The position numbers and the translations under genes are program-made. DNA of 52,576 nt from Ignavibacteria bacterium (GTDB taxonomy: Bacteria > Bacteroidota > Ignavibacteria > Tepidaquicellales > OLB5), in NCBI GenBank assembly GCA_025451455.1, contig JANWKI010000016.1:1-52576 (forward strand). The letters are read 5' to 3'. A model generated the notes under the pieces. The model saw nothing but the letters and a program-made list of their open reading frames with translations, was not told where the DNA came from and searched no databases. Of the stretch, positions 10,101 through 19,683 are shown in pieces. The first letter of the stretch is position 1. Each line of letters begins with the position of its first letter.

Positions 10101-10236
10101 TTGCAGGGCCGATCTGCCTTGACGTCAATGCTCCAAATAAAGCGGAATTTATCTTAACCTGTGCATTTACATGTAAAATACCGAGAAACAAAAATACAGG
10201 AAGGAAATATGATAATGATTTATTAACGATCTTCAT
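7141..10236 (-). CDS. VPS10/BNR repeat glycosyl-hydrolase-like secreted protein
   Basis: Signal peptide; IGPATMSGRI start; many SxDGGxTW repeats; HGDHH, GGLQDNG, RFNWN motifs; C-terminal coiled region. Confidence 0.85.
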   Translation of the reverse strand: MKIVNKSLSYFLPVFLFLGILHVNAQVKINSALFGALTSRQIGPATMSGRITAIDGVNSDPRILYVGAAGGGVWKTLNGGAVFKSVFDKYAQSIGAITIDQKNPNVVWVGTGESNMRNSVAIGDGIYKTDDGGDNWKKTGLDNTEHIARIIIDPSNSNVVYVAAPGPLWGDSEDRGLYKTKDGGATWEKILYIDEKTGCADVVMDPKDPKVLYASMWQFRRKPWAFSSGGEGSGLYKTIDGGESWDRIDQSFTEDGILGRICLAISPSDPKKIYAIAESHNTGLFESNDGGNTWKRNSASGNVTARPFYFSVLAVDPTDEKRIYRPAFSLSMSDDGGQSFRDASFEGGWVHGDHHALWINPNNPQNIYLGTDGGLYVSYDRGNNFIFFNNLPLSQYYHVNYDLNKPFYNVYGGLQDNGSWFGPSNSPGGIKNSDWKSVGFGDGFQVMPDLSDPNIIYWEWQGGGLTRFDKRINENRDIKPLTHDNALKLRFNWNTAVHQSTLNPGTIYIGSQFLYRSRDKGTTWDRISPDLSTNDPEKQKQEESGGLSVDNSSAENHCTIFTICESPADENIIWVGTDDGNVQVSDNTGASWTNVVKNFPNLPKNAWVSGIDASKFEKNTAFVSFDNHAMGDKKPYIYKTTDLGKTWISIATNDINGYVHKIKQDIISPNLLFAGSVFGLFISIDGGASWAQYSANVPNAEIRDIAIQPETNDLLLATHGRGIMIIDDLTAIRNISQELLGSDAAFLPTRQNYTYGGFLGGTFPNQAGTYVGENSTEDAVIEYYLKDRVVTGDVKVEIYDQSGVMLKSIPGTKRKGINRITWDMRVKPPKVAKGVRPDQSGFASPFVQEGVYPIKLFAGNKIIEGTIDLKVNPLSPYSKEDIALQYETSMKIFKMEEDLAFAVENINKVQTETSKLIEEGKVEKSAGKTLIDKLEEIRKELVATKEGQITGEEQLRERLGNLYTSVAWFNGRPTEAQIERIGGFETEIQSAVKKIDEVYKNYLSKVNAGLGANGIKLMTRDEFDKKDQKLP

Positions 10237-10306
10237 TTGTAATTATTTTTAAGTGATTTATAAAACAACAGCGCTTACAAAAAAGTTTTCCCCCGAAGAT
10301 ATAATT

Positions 10307-11041
10307 CTATTTCTTGGCTTCAGGCATTTTAAAAATTGAATCATCAATTTCAACATTCAATTCTACTTTTTCCATTATGCCGCTTTGCCCCTGCTGCTGC
10401 CCGACTTCCCTGAATTCCAGTGACATGGGGAATGTGATACCTTCTACCTGCTGGTAATTCCCATAAAGCGTCTCTGAATTAATTTCTTTCTCTTTTACTT
10501 TGCGTTTCTTGGTCTCTTTCAGTATCAGGTATGATTGACCATCCAGAAAATAATATGTAACATCACCGTCCTTATCGGTCAGCCTGACCTTGTATACTTC
10601 AGAACCTTCCATATCTTCCTTGCCCATTAGTTCTGCTGTGTAGCCTTTAACTTTGTAATTAACTAAGGGACCTTCAATATCTGCCTGTTCTCTCATCTGC
10701 TTCTCAGATTCAGCAGGCATCTTTTCTGGGTCTGTCTTTCCGCTCCATGGGCTTACCTGCCAGGCAGTTGTTCCGTCATATGCCTGGATCTGGCTGTTAC
10801 CCTGGAATGTTATATCCATTCTTACCATGTTCGGTCTCTTGATCAAATAAGTTACGGGTACTTCAAATCCGCCCCCTGAGAACTTACCGGTAAACTTTAC
10901 TGATTTTATCGCCAGTAGCTTGTCCATTCCGCCTATAGCATTTACGTGATTATCGATAACTTGATCGATAGTCTGGCTAAATCCTGATGTAATTAATGCA
11001 AAAAACAGCAATAATGATGTAAAAACGCTCAATTTTCTCAT
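10307..11041 (-). CDS. Outer-membrane lipoprotein-sorting (LolA-like fold) periplasmic protein
   Basis: Signal peptide; TIDQVIDNHVNAIGG, QAYDGTTAW, NYQQVEGITFP and VELNVEIDDSIFKMP family pattern. Confidence 0.65.
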   Translation of the reverse strand: MRKLSVFTSLLLFFALITSGFSQTIDQVIDNHVNAIGGMDKLLAIKSVKFTGKFSGGGFEVPVTYLIKRPNMVRMDITFQGNSQIQAYDGTTAWQVSPWSGKTDPEKMPAESEKQMREQADIEGPLVNYKVKGYTAELMGKEDMEGSEVYKVRLTDKDGDVTYYFLDGQSYLILKETKKRKVKEKEINSETLYGNYQQVEGITFPMSLEFREVGQQQGQSGIMEKVELNVEIDDSIFKMPEAKK

Positions 11042-11150
11042 AATATTATATTTTTAAAGTTTATTTCAATTGTTTGATTTGAGAATGGTATTATTACAAA
11101 CTCCGGCTTAAAGTATGGCAAATGATAAGCTGAGGGAGCTTCATCATTAT

Positions 11151-11180
11151 TTAAGACCCTTCCGGAGATAAAATGGTTTC
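11151..11180 (-). promoter_or_regulatory. Putative ECF sigma promoter
   Basis: Minus strand GAAACC-N17-GTCTTAA upstream of the 11041 gene. Confidence 0.4.
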
Positions 11181-11341
11181 GTAAATATACTAAAATTTTG
11201 TCGTCAGGGCAAAGAAGATATTATGTCCTCACAAAAAAAAATTAACGCTTAATAAGTGACTCTAAGCGTTTCGTAATATGTAATAAATGGCTGCTTTATA
11301 ACGGTCTTCGTAAAACCTGCGGATAGTAAAACTGCTTTGCA

Positions 11342-11878
11342 TTATGATGTACGCTTGTAACTTATTTTCCATTGGAGGTTCCATGTAGTACCATTATCAG
11401 AAGAAGATTCCCAATTCCACAAAAACCCGTTTTTGCTGATATCATAAAACACCATGCGCTGTGAGTGTTCATTTCCTTTCTTATCAATTATCTTCCTCGA
11501 AAATATTATTGTGTCACCGTATTTTCCCCCTGTGAAATCAAGATAGCTTCCGGTGTTATCTACCCATGTCTGCTTCCAGGTCTGCGTTCTGATATCAAAT
11601 ACAGAAAGGCTTTTTCCTTTGAATGTGCCGTCGGCAGTAGAAAAATTTTCCTCGATAACACAGCTTCCAAAAACCTTACTTATTGTATTACTTCCTTTTT
11701 CGGTTTTGCCTTCAGCATTTGTCCAATCAAGCTCCCAATTGCCAACCCAGAAATCAAGCCAGGATGCTGCGGGGCTGGAGCAGGGTGCGGTATTATCCTG
11801 TGAATAAACAACAGTGAAGGTTACCGGAAGAACCGATAACAGAATTAAAACAAGAACGAGTTTATGCATAAAATTCAT
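11342..11878 (-). CDS. DUF1579-like secreted beta-barrel protein
   Basis: Signal peptide; PC...LDFWVGNW, CVIEENF, GKSLS, WKQTWVDNTG, WESSSDNGTTW...YKR; start ATG 11878 or 11869. Confidence 0.7.
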   Translation of the reverse strand: MNFMHKLVLVLILLSVLPVTFTVVYSQDNTAPCSSPAASWLDFWVGNWELDWTNAEGKTEKGSNTISKVFGSCVIEENFSTADGTFKGKSLSVFDIRTQTWKQTWVDNTGSYLDFTGGKYGDTIIFSRKIIDKKGNEHSQRMVFYDISKNGFLWNWESSSDNGTTWNLQWKISYKRTS

Positions 11879-11980
11879 TTGTTTGTTTATATTGAACAGG
11901 CACCTGCTCAGAATCAAACCATACTCTGATGAAGTATGCCCTGATCGCCCTCTTTCATCTGAACAGACGCCTGAAATTCA

Positions 11981-13822
11981 TTATTTTATCAACATCATTT
12001 TCTTTGTTTCTGAGAAGCTTCCCGAAACTAGCCTGTAGAAATATGTTCCGCTTGAAAAGGATGCAGAGTTCCACTGGGTTTCGTATTTTCCGGGAGCAAG
12101 TTCACCGTTGACAAGCTCTGTGACCAGCCTTCCAAGAATATCATATACTGCAATTTGTGTTATATGTTTGAAACCTGACCTGTCAAAAGGTATGCTAAAC
12201 GTGATCTTAGTAGAAGGATTGAAAGGATTCGGATAATTTTGAGAGAGACTGAAATTTAATGGAATATCCTGCCCAAGCTGTGTTAAACCTATTATGACTT
12301 CGTTTAAACCCTGACCTTCAGTTGCTTTGTAAAATCTGTTTGGCTGAACATTTGTATAAACCTGTACCAGCCCCCTTGGCCATTTGATAACCAAAGAGTC
12401 AATTATGGCAGAATTGCCAAGCCCGAAATGTACATTGAGCATATTCATGGAATTAAAGCTGTTCTGCGCGTTTACTTCGCGAATCTGCCATATTGGGCTG
12501 CTGTTGATCGTGGATTTGACCTTTACAATAGTTCCAAGAGCGGAACGGTTTGAGAAGTTATTTCCCGGGCCTGAACCAACGCACCTAATGTTAATCCATT
12601 TGTTATTATTATTGGTTTCGTTGCGGTACAGGCCTTTTGAAACATTATTTGCTGCTACAAAAAGATCAAGATCGCCGTCACTATCATAATCTCCGCTTAC
12701 CGCTCCATATGAAGGGCCGCTGGTTATCATGGCAAGAGTATCAATTCGCGTGAAGAATCCCTGCCCGTTATTGCTGTAATACCTGTTCAGTCCGGCATCG
12801 GTAGTCAAGTAACAGTCAAGATCTCCGTCGTTATCAAAATCACCCCAGGTATTCGAAAGCCAGAGACCTGCATCAGTTACAATTGTGCCAACCTGTGCAG
12901 CAGTCATTTTAACATAGTAATAAGGGCCTTCGCAGCGGTACAGTCTGTTCAGTATGTTGGTTGAATAATTTGTGAGGAAGCCGTCAATATCGCCGTCATT
13001 ATCAATATCTATCCAGTTCCATATTTGTCCGTCAACAATATCGGTTCCGATAATTCCGGTATCAATCCTGTTGAAAAAGTATGAAGAGTTAAATTCTTTG
13101 AGCATATTCCGGTACAAATAATCTCTTCCCCCAATACTATTTGCAGGTCCGGTACCAATGAACAGATCAATATCCCCATCCTGGTCATAATCTGAGAACA
13201 TCGGAACCGTAAACGCATCGTTGGAATCTGTAGTTTGTGTAGTATCCACACGGGTGAAAGTACCATTGCCGTTATTGTTGAAAAGCCTGTTTGGGTGCAG
13301 CACGCCGCCAAAATTATATGCGGCAGCCAGGAAAAGATCAGTATAACTGTCATTGTTGATATCACCCCATACACAACCCCAACCTGTATTTGAAGCAGAA
13401 TCACCAATCTGCCCCTGGGTAATTTTTGTAAACATTCCGCTTCCGTCATTATTGTACAGATGGGAAAAGGGTGAAGCCTGGTTAGTGGAAATTACAAACA
13501 GGTCTATATCTCCGTCATTGTCGTAATCAGACCAGGAATTTCCCAGAACTGACCCCTGAAACGGCACTGAGCCGACCAGCTTGACAAAGTTACCATTACC
13601 GAGATTTCTGAAAATGTCCTTTCGGCAAATAAAAAGATCCAGCCGCTCATCACCGTCAACATCTACCCAGCTTGCTCCGTAATAATTGCCTGAAAGCGCT
13701 TCAGACACGATCGGATTGGCAGGATCGGTTACTTTGACAAAAAATTGAGAATGAGTAAATTCCGGATTTAAGAAAATGAAAGTTGAAAGGCTCAAAAGAC
13801 AGTAAAACCATAATTTTGACAA
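11981..13822 (-). CDS. FG-GAP/VCBS repeat plus ASPIC/UnbV (CRTAC1-like) protein with T9SS CTD
   Basis: Repeated DxDxDGDxDL motifs; NRSALGTIV...VHFGLG...IKWPRG UnbV motif; LSQNYPNPFNP CTD; SD AGGAGG before TTG. Confidence 0.9.
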   Translation of the reverse strand: MSKLWFYCLLSLSTFIFLNPEFTHSQFFVKVTDPANPIVSEALSGNYYGASWVDVDGDERLDLFICRKDIFRNLGNGNFVKLVGSVPFQGSVLGNSWSDYDNDGDIDLFVISTNQASPFSHLYNNDGSGMFTKITQGQIGDSASNTGWGCVWGDINNDSYTDLFLAAAYNFGGVLHPNRLFNNNGNGTFTRVDTTQTTDSNDAFTVPMFSDYDQDGDIDLFIGTGPANSIGGRDYLYRNMLKEFNSSYFFNRIDTGIIGTDIVDGQIWNWIDIDNDGDIDGFLTNYSTNILNRLYRCEGPYYYVKMTAAQVGTIVTDAGLWLSNTWGDFDNDGDLDCYLTTDAGLNRYYSNNGQGFFTRIDTLAMITSGPSYGAVSGDYDSDGDLDLFVAANNVSKGLYRNETNNNNKWINIRCVGSGPGNNFSNRSALGTIVKVKSTINSSPIWQIREVNAQNSFNSMNMLNVHFGLGNSAIIDSLVIKWPRGLVQVYTNVQPNRFYKATEGQGLNEVIIGLTQLGQDIPLNFSLSQNYPNPFNPSTKITFSIPFDRSGFKHITQIAVYDILGRLVTELVNGELAPGKYETQWNSASFSSGTYFYRLVSGSFSETKKMMLIK

Positions 13823-13870
13823 GAAAACCTCCTTTTTTATTTCAACACAAATTTAGAGTATGGAGGGCTC

Positions 13871-14818
13871 TTATGCTATTTGAAAATTGACTTTTTTGAG
13901 GTGCTGTTTCCTGTGATTTTCAGGTGAGTTATTGTAACGTTTTCTGAAGACAAAGCTGAATGAACTTAGAGATTCATAGCCTGCATTAAAGCAAATATCT
14001 GTTATGGGGTCATTTGTATACTCGACCAGGTTTCTGGCCCTTTCCATCCTGATCGTTGTCAGGTATTGATGTGGAGTAACCCCTAAATAAGATTTAAATT
14101 TCCTAAGCAGGTGATGCGGACACATGCAGGCAACAGATGCAACTTTCTCAAGATCAACAGGCTCTGAGTAATTTGACTGCATATAATCCTTTGCAATATT
14201 CAGTCTTTTGTACAGCTCATACCTTGTAGAACGCTTTATGGAATTTATTGAATCAACTTCACGGGAATTCTTAAGCTGGAGCCTGAAAATATACCCGAGT
14301 ATTAAGTGCATTGATTCGTTTACCCTTCCGATCTCAGTTTCTTTCAGGGCAATTTGACTTTTCAGTGTTTGTATTTGCCGCTTAATTTTACTGTCATATT
14401 CATAGAGTTTCTGAAAAAAATTCACAGGGAACCTGTCTCTCAGCTCCGGGTAATCCATTAAATAATCATCCGGATTAAATGTTGAATAAAAAACATCGTC
14501 AACAAACCCTGAAGTAAAATTCAGCGTCAATGATTCAACCGGCTTTTCGGATTCAATCAGACTTTCATATACAGTATCGCGGTTTAGTATCAGGTATCTC
14601 TCATCATCAACACCGTATCTCATTTTATCCAGTATATAATGTTCATTACCTCCGAAGGCAAACTTAAGCGAAAGGTTTGTCCAGTGAATGGGGTAATATA
14701 GATAAGAGAATTTTCCGTTAAGTATAACGTTATTTTCAACGAACTGCCTGTTCCAACTGGCATAATTATAGTTGAAATCATTTATATCCGGAAATTTCGT
14801 AATTACCTTTACACTCAT
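13871..14818 (-). CDS. AraC-family transcriptional regulator
   Basis: C-terminal double HTH: LEKVASVACMCPHHLLRKFKSYLGVTPHQY...ITDICFNAGYESLSSFSFVFRK. Confidence 0.9.
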   Translation of the reverse strand: MSVKVITKFPDINDFNYNYASWNRQFVENNVILNGKFSYLYYPIHWTNLSLKFAFGGNEHYILDKMRYGVDDERYLILNRDTVYESLIESEKPVESLTLNFTSGFVDDVFYSTFNPDDYLMDYPELRDRFPVNFFQKLYEYDSKIKRQIQTLKSQIALKETEIGRVNESMHLILGYIFRLQLKNSREVDSINSIKRSTRYELYKRLNIAKDYMQSNYSEPVDLEKVASVACMCPHHLLRKFKSYLGVTPHQYLTTIRMERARNLVEYTNDPITDICFNAGYESLSSFSFVFRKRYNNSPENHRKQHLKKVNFQIA

Positions 14819-14866
14819 TTGTATTATAGCTGATTATTAAACAGAGGGGCTGTTTGAAAGGCAAAG

Positions 14867-17107
14867 TTAGGGATTTTTTAAATTCTTTTCAAAGAACTTC
14901 CAAATCCTTTTATATTGATCAAGCCAGCTTGATTGCAGGCGGAAACCATGATTTTCTTTCGGATAGTACATTACCTCAAAATCCTTATGAAGCTCGATCA
15001 GTTTCTGAGTCAACTGCGCCGACTGCTGGAAATAGACATTATCATCCAGCATTCCGTGTAAAAGCAGCAAAGGTCCCTGAAGACCTTCTGCATAAGTTAT
15101 TGGTGAAGATATCCTGTAATATTCTTTATTCTCTTCATTATTGTAATCACCAAGCCTTGCAAGCGTATACCACCTGTTGCTATAAAAATAATTTCCCCAG
15201 TCCGAAACGGCTCTGAGTGCGGCACCGCATTTGAATACATCTCCTCTGCGGAACATCGACATTAATGTTATAAACCCGCCATAACTTCCGCCATAAATCC
15301 CGACTCTTTCTTTATCAATATGTCCAAGCGAGTTCAGGTAGTTTATACCGCTTATGTAATCTGAGACTTCCCAATAACCCATATTTCGGTAAGTTTTATT
15401 GCGGAATTCCCTGCCATATCCAAGGCTGCCGCGGAAATCGACATCGAGAACAATAAAACCCTGTGAAGTGAGGAAAGTGTTCACAAGAAAATTATCACCG
15501 TAGGGACTGAATCCATATGTAACGTTTTGCAGATACCCTGATCCGTGCGCAAAACAAATCAGCGGGTATTTCTTCTTCGGATTGTAATTTTGAGGTTTGT
15601 AAACAAAAGCATAAATTAAAGCTCCGTCTTCTTCGCTGTTGAAATTTATGAGTTCCGGCACATTCCACTCAACCTGCAGGAATTTAGGAGAAATAGTACT
15701 TGTTACCTGTTTTCCAGTGTAATCTTCTAGATTTACATAATATAATTCATTGGGTTTATTGATATATGAATGAGTGTAAAACAAATACCTTCCGTCACCC
15801 GATAGCCTTAGATCCTGAACATCTCCGCTTTCTGAAGTAAGTTGTTTAAATGAATTGCCATCAAGATCTGTTTCATAGATGAAATACTCATACGGATGCT
15901 CCTTGTTTGCTGAAAAATATACTTTGCGTTTTGTTCTGTCAACAACTGATTCCAGTATTGTATATTCACCGCCTGCAATGATTGCAAACCCGGAGCCGTC
16001 TTTGTTGATCCTGTAAAGACTGTTATACCCTGATATTTCTGACTCAAATAAAATTTCGTCATTGCTGATAAAAGATGTGGTATTTGAATGCCTTTCAAAC
16101 CAGGCAGTATCTGATTCACTATAGATCTCTTTTACAAGGCGGGTATTATTATCGTAAATGAAAAGTTTCCTGTTATGTCTGTCGAGGGTTTCGGCATCGA
16201 GCAAAATTTCCTTTGCGTCCGGTGAATATGAAACGTAATTTGTTGAATACCTTACAGAATCAGGGTATTTGAATTCAGTGATAATCTGAAGTAATGAATC
16301 TTTACCGGCATAACGGATTGCATACTCGAAGTACTTTACTTTAGATATACCTCTTTTGCGTCTTTCTGCTTTAACAAATTCACCGGAATAATCTGGGATG
16401 ATATATTCATTTTTAGCTGAATTATCATACCTTGCAAACATCAGGCTTATCAATGTACGCGAATTTTCAGGATAAGTTCCGGAATTTGCTATCAGCTGGT
16501 AAGAGATAGAGTCCGATTCATCATTTGTCAACTGGAGCTCATTGGAAACAGCTTTCGTGCTGTCAAATCTTATAAGGAAATAATTCCCTCCCCGCCTGTA
16601 AATTGCAATATCATCAATAGCCACCGGAGAGTATTCATATTTTTCAGAAGATGTTAATTGTATATCTTTAGTAAATGTACGTGAGTTAACAAAATCACGG
16701 CTTATATAAACTTCGCCTTCTATTACCGATAGCGCATTACCGTTTTTCATTATTACATATTCGGATGCATCACTCCCGGTATCAGAATACTTAAATGTTT
16801 CGTCTGTAAGGTAATTGTAATCGAAGAGGCTTAAGCTGCCGTTATGATCATCATCGGCATAATAATACATTTTGGAAGCCCCGGAATTGATGAATTTTAA
16901 TGATGGGCGCGGATTGATAATACCTGTGTCCTGAAATATATATTCAAGGGATACATCCTGGGAAAAAGTTAATTGTGTGAGAAGTAATGCTATTCCAATT
17001 AATATCTGAAGAAGTGATCTGTATAATTGCCGTATATATTTTATCGATGAGATTGCCGAACTGCTAAAGTTCTCTTCAATACAAATATTAATAATGCAGT
17101 TCTTCAA
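14867..17107 (-). CDS. S9 family (dipeptidyl peptidase IV-like) serine peptidase
   Basis: GGSYGG nucleophile, HGMLDDNV Asp, KENHGF His, N-terminal propeller; start uncertain (TTG 17107 or GTG 17122), since the 17206 start overlaps lysA extensively. Confidence 0.9.
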   Translation of the reverse strand: MKNCIINICIEENFSSSAISSIKYIRQLYRSLLQILIGIALLLTQLTFSQDVSLEYIFQDTGIINPRPSLKFINSGASKMYYYADDDHNGSLSLFDYNYLTDETFKYSDTGSDASEYVIMKNGNALSVIEGEVYISRDFVNSRTFTKDIQLTSSEKYEYSPVAIDDIAIYRRGGNYFLIRFDSTKAVSNELQLTNDESDSISYQLIANSGTYPENSRTLISLMFARYDNSAKNEYIIPDYSGEFVKAERRKRGISKVKYFEYAIRYAGKDSLLQIITEFKYPDSVRYSTNYVSYSPDAKEILLDAETLDRHNRKLFIYDNNTRLVKEIYSESDTAWFERHSNTTSFISNDEILFESEISGYNSLYRINKDGSGFAIIAGGEYTILESVVDRTKRKVYFSANKEHPYEYFIYETDLDGNSFKQLTSESGDVQDLRLSGDGRYLFYTHSYINKPNELYYVNLEDYTGKQVTSTISPKFLQVEWNVPELINFNSEEDGALIYAFVYKPQNYNPKKKYPLICFAHGSGYLQNVTYGFSPYGDNFLVNTFLTSQGFIVLDVDFRGSLGYGREFRNKTYRNMGYWEVSDYISGINYLNSLGHIDKERVGIYGGSYGGFITLMSMFRRGDVFKCGAALRAVSDWGNYFYSNRWYTLARLGDYNNEENKEYYRISSPITYAEGLQGPLLLLHGMLDDNVYFQQSAQLTQKLIELHKDFEVMYYPKENHGFRLQSSWLDQYKRIWKFFEKNLKNP

Positions 17108-18365
17108 CTTTTTCTCTTTCACGGATGAGGTGATACTTGTCACCGTCAACCAGTACTTCTGCGGGACGGAGCCGCGCATTATAATTGGATGAAAGCGAAT
17201 ATCCATATGCGCCGGTTGTCATTACTGCAAACCTGTCACCCCGCTCAAGCTTCTGAATGCTGCGCTTTACTGCCAGGAAATCAGAGGTTTCACAAACGGG
17301 GCCAACTATATCTACAGTCTCGAAACCCGTATCTTTCAGGTTCAGCGGAACAACCTGGTGGTATGCCTGGTACAGGCACGGCCTCATCAGGTCGTTCATA
17401 CCCGTATCTGTTATTACAAATTTTTTGAGCTCTCCCTGCTTAATGTAAAGCACTTTACCAACAAGCACACCGGCATTTGCCACCAGCGACCTGCCCGGCT
17501 CAATAACTAATTTTTTATTATATGAGCTGAGAAGCTTAATTACTGATTCAACATGTTCTCCCAGGGACGCATATCCGGTTTCGGAGTCATCTTCCAGAGG
17601 TATATAACGGTGTGAGAGAACATTCTTATATTTAACGCCAAACCCGCCCCCGAAATTCAGGTAACTGATATGAATTCCCATTTTTTCAACTTTTTCTATA
17701 AGATCACCCAGGTATTTAACTGCTTCAATGTATGGATTAACCTCTGTTATCTGCGAGCCGATATGAGAATGAATTCCTATTACATCAATATTTGGCAGCT
17801 TGCTTGAGGTCCTGAATACCTCGAGAATATCTTTGCTGTCAATCCCAAATTTGTTTTCTTTCATTCCCGTTGTGATGTAAGGATGTGTCTTTGCATCAAT
17901 ATCCGGGTTAACCCTGATGGATATCCTTGCTATCACACCAAGATTATGGGCAATTTCCGAAATGACCTGGATCTCCTGGAGAGATTCAACTGTAAAATTA
18001 AAAATATTTTCCCTCAGGGCATATTCGATTTCCTCATCGGTCTTTCCCACTCCGGTAAAAGTGATCTTATTCCTGAGGTATCCGAACTTTAAAGCCAGGT
18101 ATAGCTCACCCCCAGATGCAACTTCAGCCCCTGCACCCTCTTCAGAAAGCAGCTTGAGTATTTCCGGGTTTGAATTAGCTTTAATTGCGTAACAATTTAT
18201 GAAATCCAGCTTTGAGCTCACAAGCGGCTGGTTAATTTCCCTGTAATTCCTCAATATCTGGTTCTTGCTGTATAAATACAGCGGCGATCCGAATTCTTTA
18301 ACCAGATCTTCAACCAGGAAATTTTCCGCGTACAGCCTGTTATCTTTTATATAAAAATGATTCAT
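17088..18365 (-). CDS. lysA: Diaminopimelate decarboxylase
   Basis: YAIKANSN PLP lysine, HIGSQI, EPGRSLVA, GPVCETSD, GAYG...SNYNAR. Confidence 0.95.
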   Translation of the reverse strand: MNHFYIKDNRLYAENFLVEDLVKEFGSPLYLYSKNQILRNYREINQPLVSSKLDFINCYAIKANSNPEILKLLSEEGAGAEVASGGELYLALKFGYLRNKITFTGVGKTDEEIEYALRENIFNFTVESLQEIQVISEIAHNLGVIARISIRVNPDIDAKTHPYITTGMKENKFGIDSKDILEVFRTSSKLPNIDVIGIHSHIGSQITEVNPYIEAVKYLGDLIEKVEKMGIHISYLNFGGGFGVKYKNVLSHRYIPLEDDSETGYASLGEHVESVIKLLSSYNKKLVIEPGRSLVANAGVLVGKVLYIKQGELKKFVITDTGMNDLMRPCLYQAYHQVVPLNLKDTGFETVDIVGPVCETSDFLAVKRSIQKLERGDRFAVMTTGAYGYSLSSNYNARLRPAEVLVDGDKYHLIREREKVEELHY

Positions 18366-18637
18366 ACAATAAATTTAGTTTACGATATTAAGTGCAAAAA
18401 TAAATCATTGTTTTGACTAATGAAATATACTAATTATTGAAACGGCCGGATGCCCGGCATTCAAAGAAAATTGAAATTTCAGGAAAAATAAAAGGAGCAG
18501 GGTGTAAAAAGGGTTTTCTTAAAACAATAAAAGACTTGATAATAAAAAAAAACTGCCAACTATTTTGCCGGCAGCTGATGCAAATAACTTTGTATTTTTA
18601 ATACTTCATGAAGATTCTGATGTACAGCAAAATCTGA

Positions 18638-19039
18638 TTATTTTCTCAGCAATGAATATTCATCTGCAAGTTCTTCTTTTGCCTTGCTTAACAAACGGGT
18701 AACCTGTTTAATTCCGCTTATTTGCAGATCTTCATCGACGAACTTGTTAATATTTTCCCACATGCATTCTTCGAGAATGTTGATTGCAGTTTGTACTTCC
18801 TGCAGCTCGTAGCCTGATTCATGCCTGAGATCAGAAACCTTTTCAATATATTCCATCATTTCATCGCTTGAATTTATTTCGATGCTTTTGACAAGCATAT
18901 GGAAAAGATTCAGCATTTTGAATCTGATCTGCTCTGTTGTAAGCAGCTTGTAATGTTTCAATTGCGCTTTTTCCAGAGTATTTACAGAATCCTGCAGGAT
19001 CAGGTCACGTTTATAGTAGCATAATTCCAGTAATGTCAT
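18638..19039 (-). CDS. Stand-alone RsbRD N-terminal-like (globin-like helical) protein, paralog A
   Basis: All-helical 133 aa with R.ESGYELQEVQTAINILEE..W motif; SD GGGAG before ATG 19039. Confidence 0.6.
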   Translation of the reverse strand: MTLLELCYYKRDLILQDSVNTLEKAQLKHYKLLTTEQIRFKMLNLFHMLVKSIEINSSDEMMEYIEKVSDLRHESGYELQEVQTAINILEECMWENINKFVDEDLQISGIKQVTRLLSKAKEELADEYSLLRK

Positions 19040-19104
19040 TTTCTTATTCTCCCAAATCAACAGGGCTTACTTTCCTTGCCTGCTTTAAATTTTCTGTAAC
19101 AGTT

Positions 19105-19136
19105 AAAAAGGCTGTTAACCAATTATTAACAGCCTT
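19105..19136 (-). terminator. Intrinsic terminator between the two paralogs
   Basis: AAGGCTGTTAA / TTAACAGCCTT stem with the A-run on the left (U tail on the minus strand). Confidence 0.6.
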
Positions 19137-19190
19137 CCCGGTTTGTAACTTGTGATCTCTTTACTGCCAATTTAAATACTGCCTGAAACT

Positions 19191-19607
19191 TCAGGAAGAA
19201 ACATATTCCTTGCTTAACATGGCGTATTCATTGGCAAGCTCTTCTTTTGCTTTGCCCAGCAGACATGATACCTGTTTCATTGCATTAGTCTTCTTATCAT
19301 CATCAACGAATTCAGATATCATTTTCCACAGACTTTCCTCAAGTATGTTAATAGCTGTTTGTACTTCATTCAGCTCAAAACCTACCTCAAATCTTTCATC
19401 GGAAACTTTATCCATAAATGTAACCATCGCATCACATGAATTTACTTCAATGCTTTTGACAAGCGCCTGGAAAAGCTTTAACAGCCTGAAACGTATAACT
19501 TCTCCGCTTAATTGTTTATAGTGAGGTAAGTGTGCCCTTACAAGGCAAGTCGTGGAATCGAGCAGTATTCGATCAGGCTTATTATAACAAAGTTCTAATA
19601 AAGTCAT
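19191..19607 (-). CDS. Stand-alone RsbRD N-terminal-like protein, paralog B
   Basis: About 60% identical (my gapless hand count, 80/133) to paralog A; SD AAGGAG before ATG 19607. Confidence 0.6.
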   Translation of the reverse strand: MTLLELCYNKPDRILLDSTTCLVRAHLPHYKQLSGEVIRFRLLKLFQALVKSIEVNSCDAMVTFMDKVSDERFEVGFELNEVQTAINILEESLWKMISEFVDDDKKTNAMKQVSCLLGKAKEELANEYAMLSKEYVSS

Positions 19608-19683
19608 AAGCTGATTCTCCTTAAAAGTAATCGATTTTCTTTTTTGATTACTATGCAAATTACGAAGAATTTGCGCCAGGAAA

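Noticed and set aside
11920-11980. CTGATGA...GAAA resembling a hammerhead ribozyme core
   Set aside because: Stem II and the flanking stems cannot be formed convincingly
191-13822. Internal repeats in the propeller genes as DNA repeat arrays or DGR targets
   Set aside because: The repeats are protein-level Asp-box and FG-GAP motifs with divergent codons; no template/variable repeat pair or reverse transcriptase seen
17108-17206. N-terminal extension of the S9 peptidase from ATG 17206
   Set aside because: Overlaps the conserved lysA C-terminus by more than 100 nt; a later TTG/GTG start fits the signal peptide better
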